Virus record (IMG/VR): IMGVR_UViG_3300021964_000043
Source of the DNA: an uncultured virus (IMG/VR IMGVR_UViG_3300021964_000043)
Lineage: Duplodnaviria; Heunggongvirae; Uroviricota; Caudoviricetes
DNA length: 64,000 bases
Direction: 5' to 3' (one strand)
The position numbers were made by a program, and so were the translations under genes. Of this stretch, positions 26,813 through 35,415 are shown piece by piece. Each line of letters starts with the position of its first letter. The first letter of the stretch is position 1. Below the pieces are notes generated by a model, which saw only the letters and a program-made list of their open reading frames with translations, searched no databases and was not told where the DNA came from.

Positions 26813-27947
26813 GAAAGTTTACGTAGCAACCGACACTTATATAGATATGGCAATTGATAGAGTCGTTATCTCAAAAGAAAATGGTTTTGAGGCTAGTGAA
26901 CTTTTACAGCTACAACAACCAGGAAAGCTTATTGCTTATGCCCAAGAGGTAAAAAACCTTATTGGATCTAAAGACCGAGCGTTTATGGATACAATGGATA
27001 TGTTTGATAAGCTTGGTGATCACACAGACGCTACTGGAAAACGAGTAGTTGTATATTGTGATGATAAAGCTTTTAAGATTGTTATGGCTCTATGGTTTAG
27101 ACTTATATTTAAGAAAACAAATGCTGACGCTGCTGTTGATCTTCTCGAATCAATGGTATTTAAGCATAAGCTATTTGGCCAATCAAGATTTGTTTCGAAC
27201 AATGGTAACACAGACAATCCATATGAGATAGACATTACTGGATTCAAAAAGGTTTTTGAAGGTGCGCAAAAACCATCAGCTGAAAGACGTAAAAAGTTTC
27301 TATCTGAAAACAAAGCAGCATTAAGCCTTGAATATCTATTGGCAACTTATCTTGCTAATGGTAAACTAAAAGGTGAATTAAAAACTGTACTTCGTATTCT
27401 CTTAAAAAAGGACCTTGAAAAATATTTGTATGAGCTTAAGGAAATTTTCTTTACTCATATCATTACTCAAAGGTTTACCTCAACTCTTAAACTTGAAAAA
27501 ACCTATGACTTTACTAATTATGATACTATCCTTAAAGACGAATCAGAGTTTCCAAAATTATTCATGGATCCAAATGTTTGGACAACACCATATATGAGTA
27601 AGCCAAGTTCTGGCAAAAATATTAACTTTGAAGGAATCACTGATAAGCATATTAAATCATTTGCTAAATTTGCTCAATTGGCTGGAGCGTGTTGGGCTGA
27701 AGAAAGTATTTACGAATTCGTAAAGTCTGATACTTCAAAGCTAGATTTTATTAGTGCTATTAAAGGTGATAGTATGACAGACACTATGCTTAAATATATT
27801 CTTGAAGTTGAGTCAACATATGAGCACGCAGCTGGGTCATTCTTCTCTATTGACCTTGAGACTGTAAATCATTATTTTGTACAAGCTCTTTTGGACGCTT
27901 GGAATGATGGCAATAAAGAATTCTTGGAGCAATACTCAGTAATGTAA
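26796..27947 (+). CDS. Hypothetical protein in the rSAM island
   Basis: 383-aa ORF with AGGAG SD; no recognised motif. Confidence 0.75.
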   Translation: MLHLFKKVYVATDTYIDMAIDRVVISKENGFEASELLQLQQPGKLIAYAQEVKNLIGSKDRAFMDTMDMFDKLGDHTDATGKRVVVYCDDKAFKIVMALWFRLIFKKTNADAAVDLLESMVFKHKLFGQSRFVSNNGNTDNPYEIDITGFKKVFEGAQKPSAERRKKFLSENKAALSLEYLLATYLANGKLKGELKTVLRILLKKDLEKYLYELKEIFFTHIITQRFTSTLKLEKTYDFTNYDTILKDESEFPKLFMDPNVWTTPYMSKPSSGKNINFEGITDKHIKSFAKFAQLAGACWAEESIYEFVKSDTSKLDFISAIKGDSMTDTMLKYILEVESTYEHAAGSFFSIDLETVNHYFVQALLDAWNDGNKEFLEQYSVM

Positions 27948-28966
27948 TGGATATTTACGACTTAATTGATACAAAAGTAGTTCGTTATGGTGAAATAGTC
28001 GTATGTCTATTTGAACACTGTAACCTTAGATGTTCTTTCTGTCCACAAGATCACTCTTCAGTTATTGGTGCATCTTACGAAGAAATTACTGATAAAGTAA
28101 AATCAATTGTTGAGTGGATTAACAATAATCCGCGACAGCAAGCTTATAAGATTCATCTAATGGGTGGCGAATTATTTCAAGATCGATGGATTGAAGAAGA
28201 TTTTTTAAGTTACTATCAAGACCTAATTAGTCTTATTGATGCTCAAACAAAAGCTGATATTCATTTTAATTTTATCACTAATTTAGTGTTTCAAAATCGA
28301 AAACCAGTTTTAGATTTTCTAAATCGTAACAATCTTAAGATATCGATTAGCTATGATCCATCTGGTCGATTTAATAAAAATGATTTAGAAATTTTCACTC
28401 GCAATATAATCTATTTTCAAGACCATATTGAAATGGTTTCCCTTGTAGCAACCAAACAAAATATAGATCGTATTATTGCTGGTGATCATTTATTTGAAGA
28501 TCTATACACTAACTATACTTGCGACTTTGATCATTTTCTGCCGTCGGTTGCTACGTCCAGAATTATGATGCCAAGTGAAAAAGATTTATTTGAATTCTAT
28601 AAGGTGTTAGTGAATAAATACCCTAAGTGTTTGAACGTTAATCACTTTGTGAATGACAAGCCAGCAAATAAAATGATATGCACAAGAGGTAACTCTTTGA
28701 CTATTATGCCTGATGGTGCTAAGCCTCAAGGTTGTTCTGGTGCAGTATTCTTAAAGGAAGCTCAAACCGAAGATTTAGGTGGACCACAAATTGTTGAGAA
28801 TTTTCTTGACAAATATAATTGTTTTGAATGTGAATATTTTCCACGTTGCCCTTTATCATGTTTTATAAAAGAAGACTATAAACACATAGAACAAGATATG
28901 AGTGAGTGCGTTTTTAAGGCGACTTTTAGATATGCAGATAGCATTTATAAATCCACCACACGCTGA
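27947..28966 (+). CDS. Radical SAM protein with SPASM/twitch-like C-terminus (rSAM-2)
   Basis: CNLRCSFC; MGGELF; CTRG...GCS...CFECEYFPRCPLSC...C. Confidence 0.9.
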   Translation: MDIYDLIDTKVVRYGEIVVCLFEHCNLRCSFCPQDHSSVIGASYEEITDKVKSIVEWINNNPRQQAYKIHLMGGELFQDRWIEEDFLSYYQDLISLIDAQTKADIHFNFITNLVFQNRKPVLDFLNRNNLKISISYDPSGRFNKNDLEIFTRNIIYFQDHIEMVSLVATKQNIDRIIAGDHLFEDLYTNYTCDFDHFLPSVATSRIMMPSEKDLFEFYKVLVNKYPKCLNVNHFVNDKPANKMICTRGNSLTIMPDGAKPQGCSGAVFLKEAQTEDLGGPQIVENFLDKYNCFECEYFPRCPLSCFIKEDYKHIEQDMSECVFKATFRYADSIYKSTTR

Positions 28967-30602
28967 CTGGTCACTAGCAAACAATGTGACCTACCTTTTA
29001 ATACAGAGTCACTATAAGCACCGAGGCCGTTATGCAGATCAAGTCAAATTCATTCCAGCACCATACAAATGGAATCAATATGAATCATATAATGACGTCA
29101 TCTCAGAAATTGAATCTGCTGATGTCATCATGTTCAGTTCCTATGCCTGGAACTATACAATTGTGGATGGGATCGCAATTGAAATCAAACAGCGCTATCC
29201 AGAAAAAATCTTAGTACTTGGTGGACCACACATTGGTACTAATGACCCTGAGTTACTAAAAGACAGATTTTATTACGATTATATTTGTGAACCTACTAAA
29301 CCAGGTGAACCATTTATGGAAGACCTAATTGATTGTTATATTGAAGGGCGTTTAGACTCAAAAAATATAGCATGGGAACTTTATAATGGCAAAGGTCGTA
29401 TTCATGATTTGTCTACCGAAGATTATTCTATATATGAAGAGCATATTGAATATCTAACAGAAACTGTTAAATATGCTAGACAAAATGACATGGAACCTTT
29501 TATTGTTATCGAAACAACAAGAGGTTGTCCATATAAATGTGTCTTCTGCGAGTGGGGTGGAGGCATTAACACTAAGATCTATAAAAAAGATATTGACATT
29601 GTCAAACGCGATATCCTAGCTATGAAAAAAGCCGGATATCGTGATGCTTATCTGACTGACGCAAACTTTGGCGCGTTTGAAGATCGTGATATCGAAATAT
29701 TTTCATTTGCCTGGAACAATGGATTTAATTTAACCGACATATCTACAATGAAATCTACCGATATTAAAAGACGTAAACGACTAATTGATCGTTGGTTTGA
29801 GGTAGTTGGTAAAGATCGTAGATCACCAAAGTCTGGTGATGGAAGAGATATGTGGGAAGGAACAGGATTTGTTTCTATTGTCCCAACGGTATCAATTCAA
29901 AGCATTAGTGAAAGGGCTATGAAATTAGCTGATCGTATTGACTTGTCAACAGAAAATAAACTTGAACTGAGTAGGTATATCAATCAACGATGTGCTGAAC
30001 ACGGATTTCCTATTCCTGCTCTTGAACTTATCCTAGCTATGCCTGGTTCAACAATACAAGATTTTTATGACGAAATGGAAATCATTTGGAATTTTAAGGC
30101 ATGGGGCTCTTATCGTCATGATTATATGTTTTTGCCTGATTCACGACTAAACTCTGAATCATATAAAAAAGAACATAATATTGAAACAGTCGAAGTCTAT
30201 TCTGATATTGTAGACGAAGACGGTACTGATAATTGGAATAGTCTATATAAGGATAAGAAAACTTATTTCCATACCATTCGTTCTTGCAATTCATTTACTA
30301 CAAATGAAATGTATGAGATGTGGTTTATGAATAATGCTTCTAATTACCTATTAGAAAATTTTTATCCAGCTTTTAATGATATTTGTGACCCTTCAAGGTT
30401 TACAAAAGAGTGTTTTTGTGTTATAATATATCTAGATGAGTGGGAAGGGATATATAATGAAATAAAGGATATTTTCGATCCATCTACTCCACCACGCTCT
30501 ATTAGGCAACTAGGTGGTAAATTTAGAGTAGACACAGTAAATGAGTTTTTGCAAAGAAATAAAACATTGATAATGAGTGAACTATTTAGGAGACTAGCAT
30601 GA
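28932..30602 (+). CDS. Cobalamin-binding-domain radical SAM protein (rSAM-3)
   Basis: Likely start MQIAFINPP; FSSYAWN...VLGGPH B12-binding-like region; ETTRGCPYKCVFCEWG; DANFG; ELILAMPG. Confidence 0.85.
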   Translation: MQIAFINPPHADWSLANNVTYLLIQSHYKHRGRYADQVKFIPAPYKWNQYESYNDVISEIESADVIMFSSYAWNYTIVDGIAIEIKQRYPEKILVLGGPHIGTNDPELLKDRFYYDYICEPTKPGEPFMEDLIDCYIEGRLDSKNIAWELYNGKGRIHDLSTEDYSIYEEHIEYLTETVKYARQNDMEPFIVIETTRGCPYKCVFCEWGGGINTKIYKKDIDIVKRDILAMKKAGYRDAYLTDANFGAFEDRDIEIFSFAWNNGFNLTDISTMKSTDIKRRKRLIDRWFEVVGKDRRSPKSGDGRDMWEGTGFVSIVPTVSIQSISERAMKLADRIDLSTENKLELSRYINQRCAEHGFPIPALELILAMPGSTIQDFYDEMEIIWNFKAWGSYRHDYMFLPDSRLNSESYKKEHNIETVEVYSDIVDEDGTDNWNSLYKDKKTYFHTIRSCNSFTTNEMYEMWFMNNASNYLLENFYPAFNDICDPSRFTKECFCVIIYLDEWEGIYNEIKDIFDPSTPPRSIRQLGGKFRVDTVNEFLQRNKTLIMSELFRRLA

Positions 30603-31105
30603 ATATAAGAAAAGAGCTAGAAACAAAAGGATTTGTAAAACTAAAAGAAGATGGTGGCCTTGATTTAATTCGAATTGATGACCATAAATTGCTAAACACC
30701 GAAGAACGAGCAAGAGATAACGGTGAAAAAGATGTTGATATTCAATTAACAAATAAGCTTAGACTTTTTGCATACTACTTAGAAAATCTTTATGTTAAGC
30801 CAAATTGGCCAAACGCATCGTTCAATAAATTTCTCGTATGGGAAGGTGTCGACAAAGACAATCAGGGTTGGCATACTGATACCTTTGAAAGCTATGATAT
30901 TTTCTTTTTATATTATTTTGATGATACACATGAAGAAACTGGTGGGTCAATAAGTTTCAAATGGGACGAAGATTGTGAAGCAGTATTTCAGCCCTCAGCA
31001 GGTGACTTATTTATGGTATCAAATGCAAGAGGTTTTTGGCATAAAGCTGGTGCCACACAAATAAAAAGGAGGGTCGCTAGTTTTGACTTCTCTATCCACG
31101 AGTGA
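30599..31105 (+). CDS. Fe(II)/2-oxoglutarate oxygenase-like protein
   Basis: WHTD...LYYFD...GGSI...FWHKA...RRVASF; paralog of 32057..32605. Confidence 0.75.
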   Translation: MNIRKELETKGFVKLKEDGGLDLIRIDDHKLLNTEERARDNGEKDVDIQLTNKLRLFAYYLENLYVKPNWPNASFNKFLVWEGVDKDNQGWHTDTFESYDIFFLYYFDDTHEETGGSISFKWDEDCEAVFQPSAGDLFMVSNARGFWHKAGATQIKRRVASFDFSIHE

Positions 31106-31385
31106 TATCATCGAAAAGAAAAGAATTCTGTGTAATGAAAGAGATTTAACTGCAGAATTGTATAACCTATGGATTACTAAACTTCATGAATTTCAAGGCA
31201 ATGAAGAAAAATACAATATGTATGCTCTTATGATTGAGAACCTTGAACCATATTCAAATATGCTAAAAGAAGAAATACGAGAATGTAATAGACAAATATG
31301 CGAAATTGAAGGCGTAGAATCTATAAGTGATACCAATTTTGAGCAAGAATGCGTGTATAAATATGGGTATGATAAACCAAATTGA
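31083..31385 (+). CDS. Hypothetical helical protein
   Basis: ORF in the operon; start uncertain (TTG). Confidence 0.55.
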   Translation: MTSLSTSDIIEKKRILCNERDLTAELYNLWITKLHEFQGNEEKYNMYALMIENLEPYSNMLKEEIRECNRQICEIEGVESISDTNFEQECVYKYGYDKPN

Positions 31386-31397
31386 TGAGAGCTGAAA

Positions 31398-32054
31398 ATG
31401 ACTATTAGAGAAATTTATCCAACTAATATCTATGAAAAAGAACTTGATATTAGTGAAGAAAAACTGAAAGAAATCGAGACCTTTTTAAGAGCTCAACATA
31501 AAGCTTTTATGAGTTCTCCGGATATGGATCACGATGAATATTCAGATGGTAATGAAAACATTGTAATAGATGCTGTCATCGAAGGGCAATGCCCAGAAAT
31601 GAAAGAACTTATTGATGAGGTTAAAAAGGGTTTTCTTACTTTGGCTTATAGTAACCTCGACAACTTTACTGAATCTAATACCGACTCTATGTTACTTGAC
31701 GTCGAGTTAGATTCTTGTAAAATTAACCTAATGAAAAAAGGTTATCGTCTTGGTGCTCACACTCATTATTCAGATGATGCTTTTGCATGCATTTATTTTA
31801 ATGATGTGACCGAAGAAGAGGGTGGCGAACTAGTACTATATGATCCACGTTGGCAGAGAAACTATATGTTTGGCGGGTCTAAACAAGAAAAAATTAAGTC
31901 TAAAAGAGGAAAAATGGTAATTGCTCCTCAGTATCTATGGCATGAAGTAACTCATTATCATGGTGAAGATGAAAGACTTACCTTAGTTGTAAATGCCCAA
32001 GTAGTAAATAAAGGAAATGAGTTAAGAAATAAGAGAACTCAGCACACGGTGTAA
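31398..32054 (+). CDS. Fe(II)/2-oxoglutarate oxygenase (TIGR02466-like)
   Basis: HTH...CIYF...GGELVLYDPR...PQYLWHEV...RLTL. Confidence 0.8.
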   Translation: MTIREIYPTNIYEKELDISEEKLKEIETFLRAQHKAFMSSPDMDHDEYSDGNENIVIDAVIEGQCPEMKELIDEVKKGFLTLAYSNLDNFTESNTDSMLLDVELDSCKINLMKKGYRLGAHTHYSDDAFACIYFNDVTEEEGGELVLYDPRWQRNYMFGGSKQEKIKSKRGKMVIAPQYLWHEVTHYHGEDERLTLVVNAQVVNKGNELRNKRTQHTV

Positions 32055-32056
32055 AA

Positions 32057-32605
32057 TTGGAAAAAATTATAGAATGCATGGATAGTGAAAAACCAAAGGA
32101 AATGACTAACGAACAAACGTTTTTTGTAGATGGTTATTGGTTAGACAAATTACCAAATAATGTCAATATTGATATTTTCGATTCCTTTGATTTCAAAGAT
32201 TGTACAGAACCAGAAGAAGTCTGGTTAGATCCAAGAGCACAGGCTGATCTCGATAAACTCCACCAATGGTTTGCAGATAACTATATCTCAAAAATGTTTG
32301 ATGATTTTGAGATGAAACAATGCGCCATGTGGTCTGGAGTAGATGAAGGCTCGCGTAATTGGCACAACGATTACGAAGATGGTGATTCATTTAATTCAAA
32401 TATTTTAGTCTATATGGATGATAATACTATTGAAAATGGAAATAATATCCAAGTAGCAAGTGGAGATTATATTAACATAATCTATCCAAAAAGACGAGAG
32501 TTTGTTTGGCTAAATCAAAAGAAATGTTTTCAACATAGGGCAACGCACACTAGCGGAGTAAGACGAGTACTTAGTTTTGAATATCTAATTCCCGCGTTAT
32601 TTTAA
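32057..32605 (+). CDS. Fe(II)/2-oxoglutarate oxygenase-like protein
   Basis: WSGVD...WHND...LVYMDD...FQHRA...RRVLSF; start uncertain. Confidence 0.75.
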   Translation: MEKIIECMDSEKPKEMTNEQTFFVDGYWLDKLPNNVNIDIFDSFDFKDCTEPEEVWLDPRAQADLDKLHQWFADNYISKMFDDFEMKQCAMWSGVDEGSRNWHNDYEDGDSFNSNILVYMDDNTIENGNNIQVASGDYINIIYPKRREFVWLNQKKCFQHRATHTSGVRRVLSFEYLIPALF

Positions 32606-32606
32606 T

Positions 32607-33638
32607 ATGGATCTAATTATTAAGCCGACTGAGTTGTGCAATTTCAAATGCACTTTTTGTTCAAGCACAAAATTAGTCGAAGACAAAGCATCAAAATTAG
32701 ATTTGATGAAAATCTTTCAGTTTCTAGATCGTTATCCAGAAACTCAAACTATTATTGTCAATGGTGGTGATCCGTTAATGATGGACCCACAATATTATTG
32801 GGAAATTATTAAATACCTAGACGATAAAAATTTACCTGCCACAATATCACTTACCACTAATCTCTGGCCATTCTATAAAAATCCTAACAAATGGATTCCA
32901 TTATTTAAGAATCCAAGAGTAGGTGTAGCTACATCATTTCAATATGGTGATGGAAGACTTAAAGGTGACTATTCAGTATTTACAGAACAAGACTTTACTA
33001 TGTGTTCTGACTATATGTTATATTATATTGGATATAGACCTTCCTTTATTGCAGTCATTACAGAAGAAAATGAGTGGAGCGTATTACAAACTGTTGAACT
33101 TGCTAAATCAATGAAGGTGGTTTGTAAAGTTAACTATGCAATGGCTTCAGGCGAACAATCAAAACCATATCGACTTTCTAAAATATATGAGCAATATATT
33201 AAAATATGGAAAGCAGGTCTTGCGCCTTGGGAACATAATACTCAACAAATGATGAAACGTATTAGAGGTGAAGCTACTATCTGTCCGCTCACGCGTACGT
33301 GTGACAGCCATATAAGAACTATTCAGCCAGAAGGTGATTATTATTCTTGTGGTGCATTTGGTGATGATAAGGATAAACCTATTGACTTTGATTTTGAAAT
33401 GAAAGGTGGGTTTGTTACACCATTAGCCAATTCACCAGAACTGAATAGCTTAAAAATGGGTTGCTATTCTTGCCCGATGTTTAGTATCTGTAATGGTTGC
33501 AAGAAAACAATTAAAGACCTTAAAGAACACAATATGGTAGAAGATCATTGTTATCATATGAAGCAGCTTGGTCCAGATATTTTAGAAGCTAATGGATTAG
33601 ATACGCAAATGACACCATACGTAAATGAATCAATATGA
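32607..33638 (+). CDS. Radical SAM/SPASM-domain protein (rSAM-4)
   Basis: IKPTELCNFKCTFC; NGGDP; CPLTRTC...YSCG...CYSCPMFSICNGC...C. Confidence 0.92.
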   Translation: MDLIIKPTELCNFKCTFCSSTKLVEDKASKLDLMKIFQFLDRYPETQTIIVNGGDPLMMDPQYYWEIIKYLDDKNLPATISLTTNLWPFYKNPNKWIPLFKNPRVGVATSFQYGDGRLKGDYSVFTEQDFTMCSDYMLYYIGYRPSFIAVITEENEWSVLQTVELAKSMKVVCKVNYAMASGEQSKPYRLSKIYEQYIKIWKAGLAPWEHNTQQMMKRIRGEATICPLTRTCDSHIRTIQPEGDYYSCGAFGDDKDKPIDFDFEMKGGFVTPLANSPELNSLKMGCYSCPMFSICNGCKKTIKDLKEHNMVEDHCYHMKQLGPDILEANGLDTQMTPYVNESI

Positions 33639-34558
33639 ATATATCAATCAACCCATCATATTTCTGTAATTTTAGATGTGACTTCTGTTATTTGACACCA
33701 CAACAATTAGGTGATCAGAAAAAAATAGAACCAAAGCAGCTTGATAAGTTATTATCTCAAATATCAGAACCTATTGACCATATTGATTTATATGGCGGCG
33801 AGATTGGAGCTTTAAAGAGGAGTTATTATAATGAAATTATCGAAGTTATTCGCTGCTGGTATTCTGGCCCTATCAACCTTAATACTAATTTCTCTATGCT
33901 TGACGACAGATTCTTCGAAGATGACATCACTCTTTCCGTCTCATACGATTTTTCAGCAAGAGAAAAATCTGACCTAGTATTTCAAAATATGATGATGAGC
34001 CCTAAGCCAATATCGGTGCTGATCTTGGCCTCACCAAGGGTTATCACCATGGACGTGGACGAGATGGTTCAGAACTTAAATCTGATAAATTCTATCATTT
34101 CTGTTGAAATTAAACCATATTCTACTAATCAAGCTAATACATTTGAAATAACTCACAAGGATTATGAGAATTTTGTTATAAAATGGTTAGAGTCTCCGAT
34201 ACAAAAAAACTTTCAATTTATCAATTATGATAACATTAAAGAGAGTTATTATAAGCGTTACAATGCTTGGAGTGATGACCATGTTTATATAACGCCCAAT
34301 GGGAAATTTGGTGTGCTAGAATTTGATCAAAACGATAATGAATATTTTTTAGAGTTACCAAGCTATCACGCATATGAACTATGGGCTTGGCAAGAAAAAA
34401 GAAAACAATCTACGGTTTGTACTAATTGTCATTGGTTTGGCCATTGCCTTACAGAACATTATAGATATGTTAAAGACTTAAAAAATTCATGCAATGGATA
34501 TAGAGGACTATTGGATTGGTATGCAAGAGTGGAAGATAAAACAACAGCTATATCATAA
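33635..34558 (+). CDS. Radical SAM protein with reduced auxiliary cluster motif (rSAM-5)
   Basis: CNFRCDFC; YGGE; CTNCHWFGHCLTEH...C. Confidence 0.88.
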   Translation: MNISINPSYFCNFRCDFCYLTPQQLGDQKKIEPKQLDKLLSQISEPIDHIDLYGGEIGALKRSYYNEIIEVIRCWYSGPINLNTNFSMLDDRFFEDDITLSVSYDFSAREKSDLVFQNMMMSPKPISVLILASPRVITMDVDEMVQNLNLINSIISVEIKPYSTNQANTFEITHKDYENFVIKWLESPIQKNFQFINYDNIKESYYKRYNAWSDDHVYITPNGKFGVLEFDQNDNEYFLELPSYHAYELWAWQEKRKQSTVCTNCHWFGHCLTEHYRYVKDLKNSCNGYRGLLDWYARVEDKTTAIS

Positions 34559-34955
34559 GCTAAATAGAAATCACCCAGATGATTTGAAATGGGTTACCAT
34601 TGAAGAATCAGACGATATTATAAACAATGCAATAAGATATTTTAGAGAAAAAGATGTTGGTTGGATTTATCCAGCTAAATCTTATATGGTAGCAATTTGC
34701 TATGCATTTTGGATTATGGAAGACTATAATGAAAATTTTTATACAGTTTTAAGTGATCCAGAATTGCTTCCATTAGATGATTATTTTGTTCCATATAAAG
34801 AGGACAAAGATACTTACAATGCTATTATTAGTGAAGTGACGGCCAATAATAAAGGCAAATTAGAAATGAAAGGGATGGTGCCAGATGTCAGACAATACTA
34901 TGAAACTGAACTTGGGGACAAATTTTCTGTTTCCCACAGCAGTGACGATAACTAA
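34521..34955 (+). CDS. Hypothetical protein in the rSAM island
   Basis: Likely start MQEWK; overlaps both neighbours. Confidence 0.65.
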   Translation: MQEWKIKQQLYHKLNRNHPDDLKWVTIEESDDIINNAIRYFREKDVGWIYPAKSYMVAICYAFWIMEDYNENFYTVLSDPELLPLDDYFVPYKEDKDTYNAIISEVTANNKGKLEMKGMVPDVRQYYETELGDKFSVSHSSDDN

Positions 34956-35415
34956 ATTCGATATTACCGACAATATAGTCGAACAGGCTATTGGGTTTGG
35001 TGAAATTACTGATGACTTACAACAACAAGTTGTAAAAGGATTTGATGAACACCTAAAGTCTACCCTTGATAAAACTACAAGCGATTGGTATCATTATAGA
35101 CTACAATCTTGGGTTAACAAGTACGAAAAAGGTCATGCCGGCATGGAAATGCATACTCATGCCGGAGCTCAACTAAGTGCCATTGCTATTTTAGAAGCTG
35201 GGCGGGGAGGTGAACTTGTCTTTCAAGATCCAAGGTCATTTGCATCACGTGGATATGACCTAAACTTTAGACCACTCTTTAATAATTTTACATATGAAGG
35301 AAATCAAGGAGACCTAATCATATTTCCAAGTTTCTTATATCACTCGGTAAGACCAGTAAATATGTTTAGAGTTTCGGCTGCTTTTGATATGTATCTATTG
35401 ACAGGTGATTTTTAA
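34885..35415 (+). CDS. Fe(II)/2-oxoglutarate oxygenase (TIGR02466-like)
   Basis: HTHAGAQLSA...GGELVFQDPR...IIFPSFLYHSV...RVS. Confidence 0.82.
   Translation: MSDNTMKLNLGTNFLFPTAVTITKFDITDNIVEQAIGFGEITDDLQQQVVKGFDEHLKSTLDKTTSDWYHYRLQSWVNKYEKGHAGMEMHTHAGAQLSAIAILEAGRGGELVFQDPRSFASRGYDLNFRPLFNNFTYEGNQGDLIIFPSFLYHSVRPVNMFRVSAAFDMYLLTGDF

Noticed and set aside
23975..35415. DNA hypermodification or 7-deazaguanine pathway
   Set aside because: No FolE, QueD, QueC, DpdA, kinase, thymidylate-synthase-like or glycosyltransferase motifs seen, and the rSAMs have SPASM-like tails. Not fully excluded without searches.
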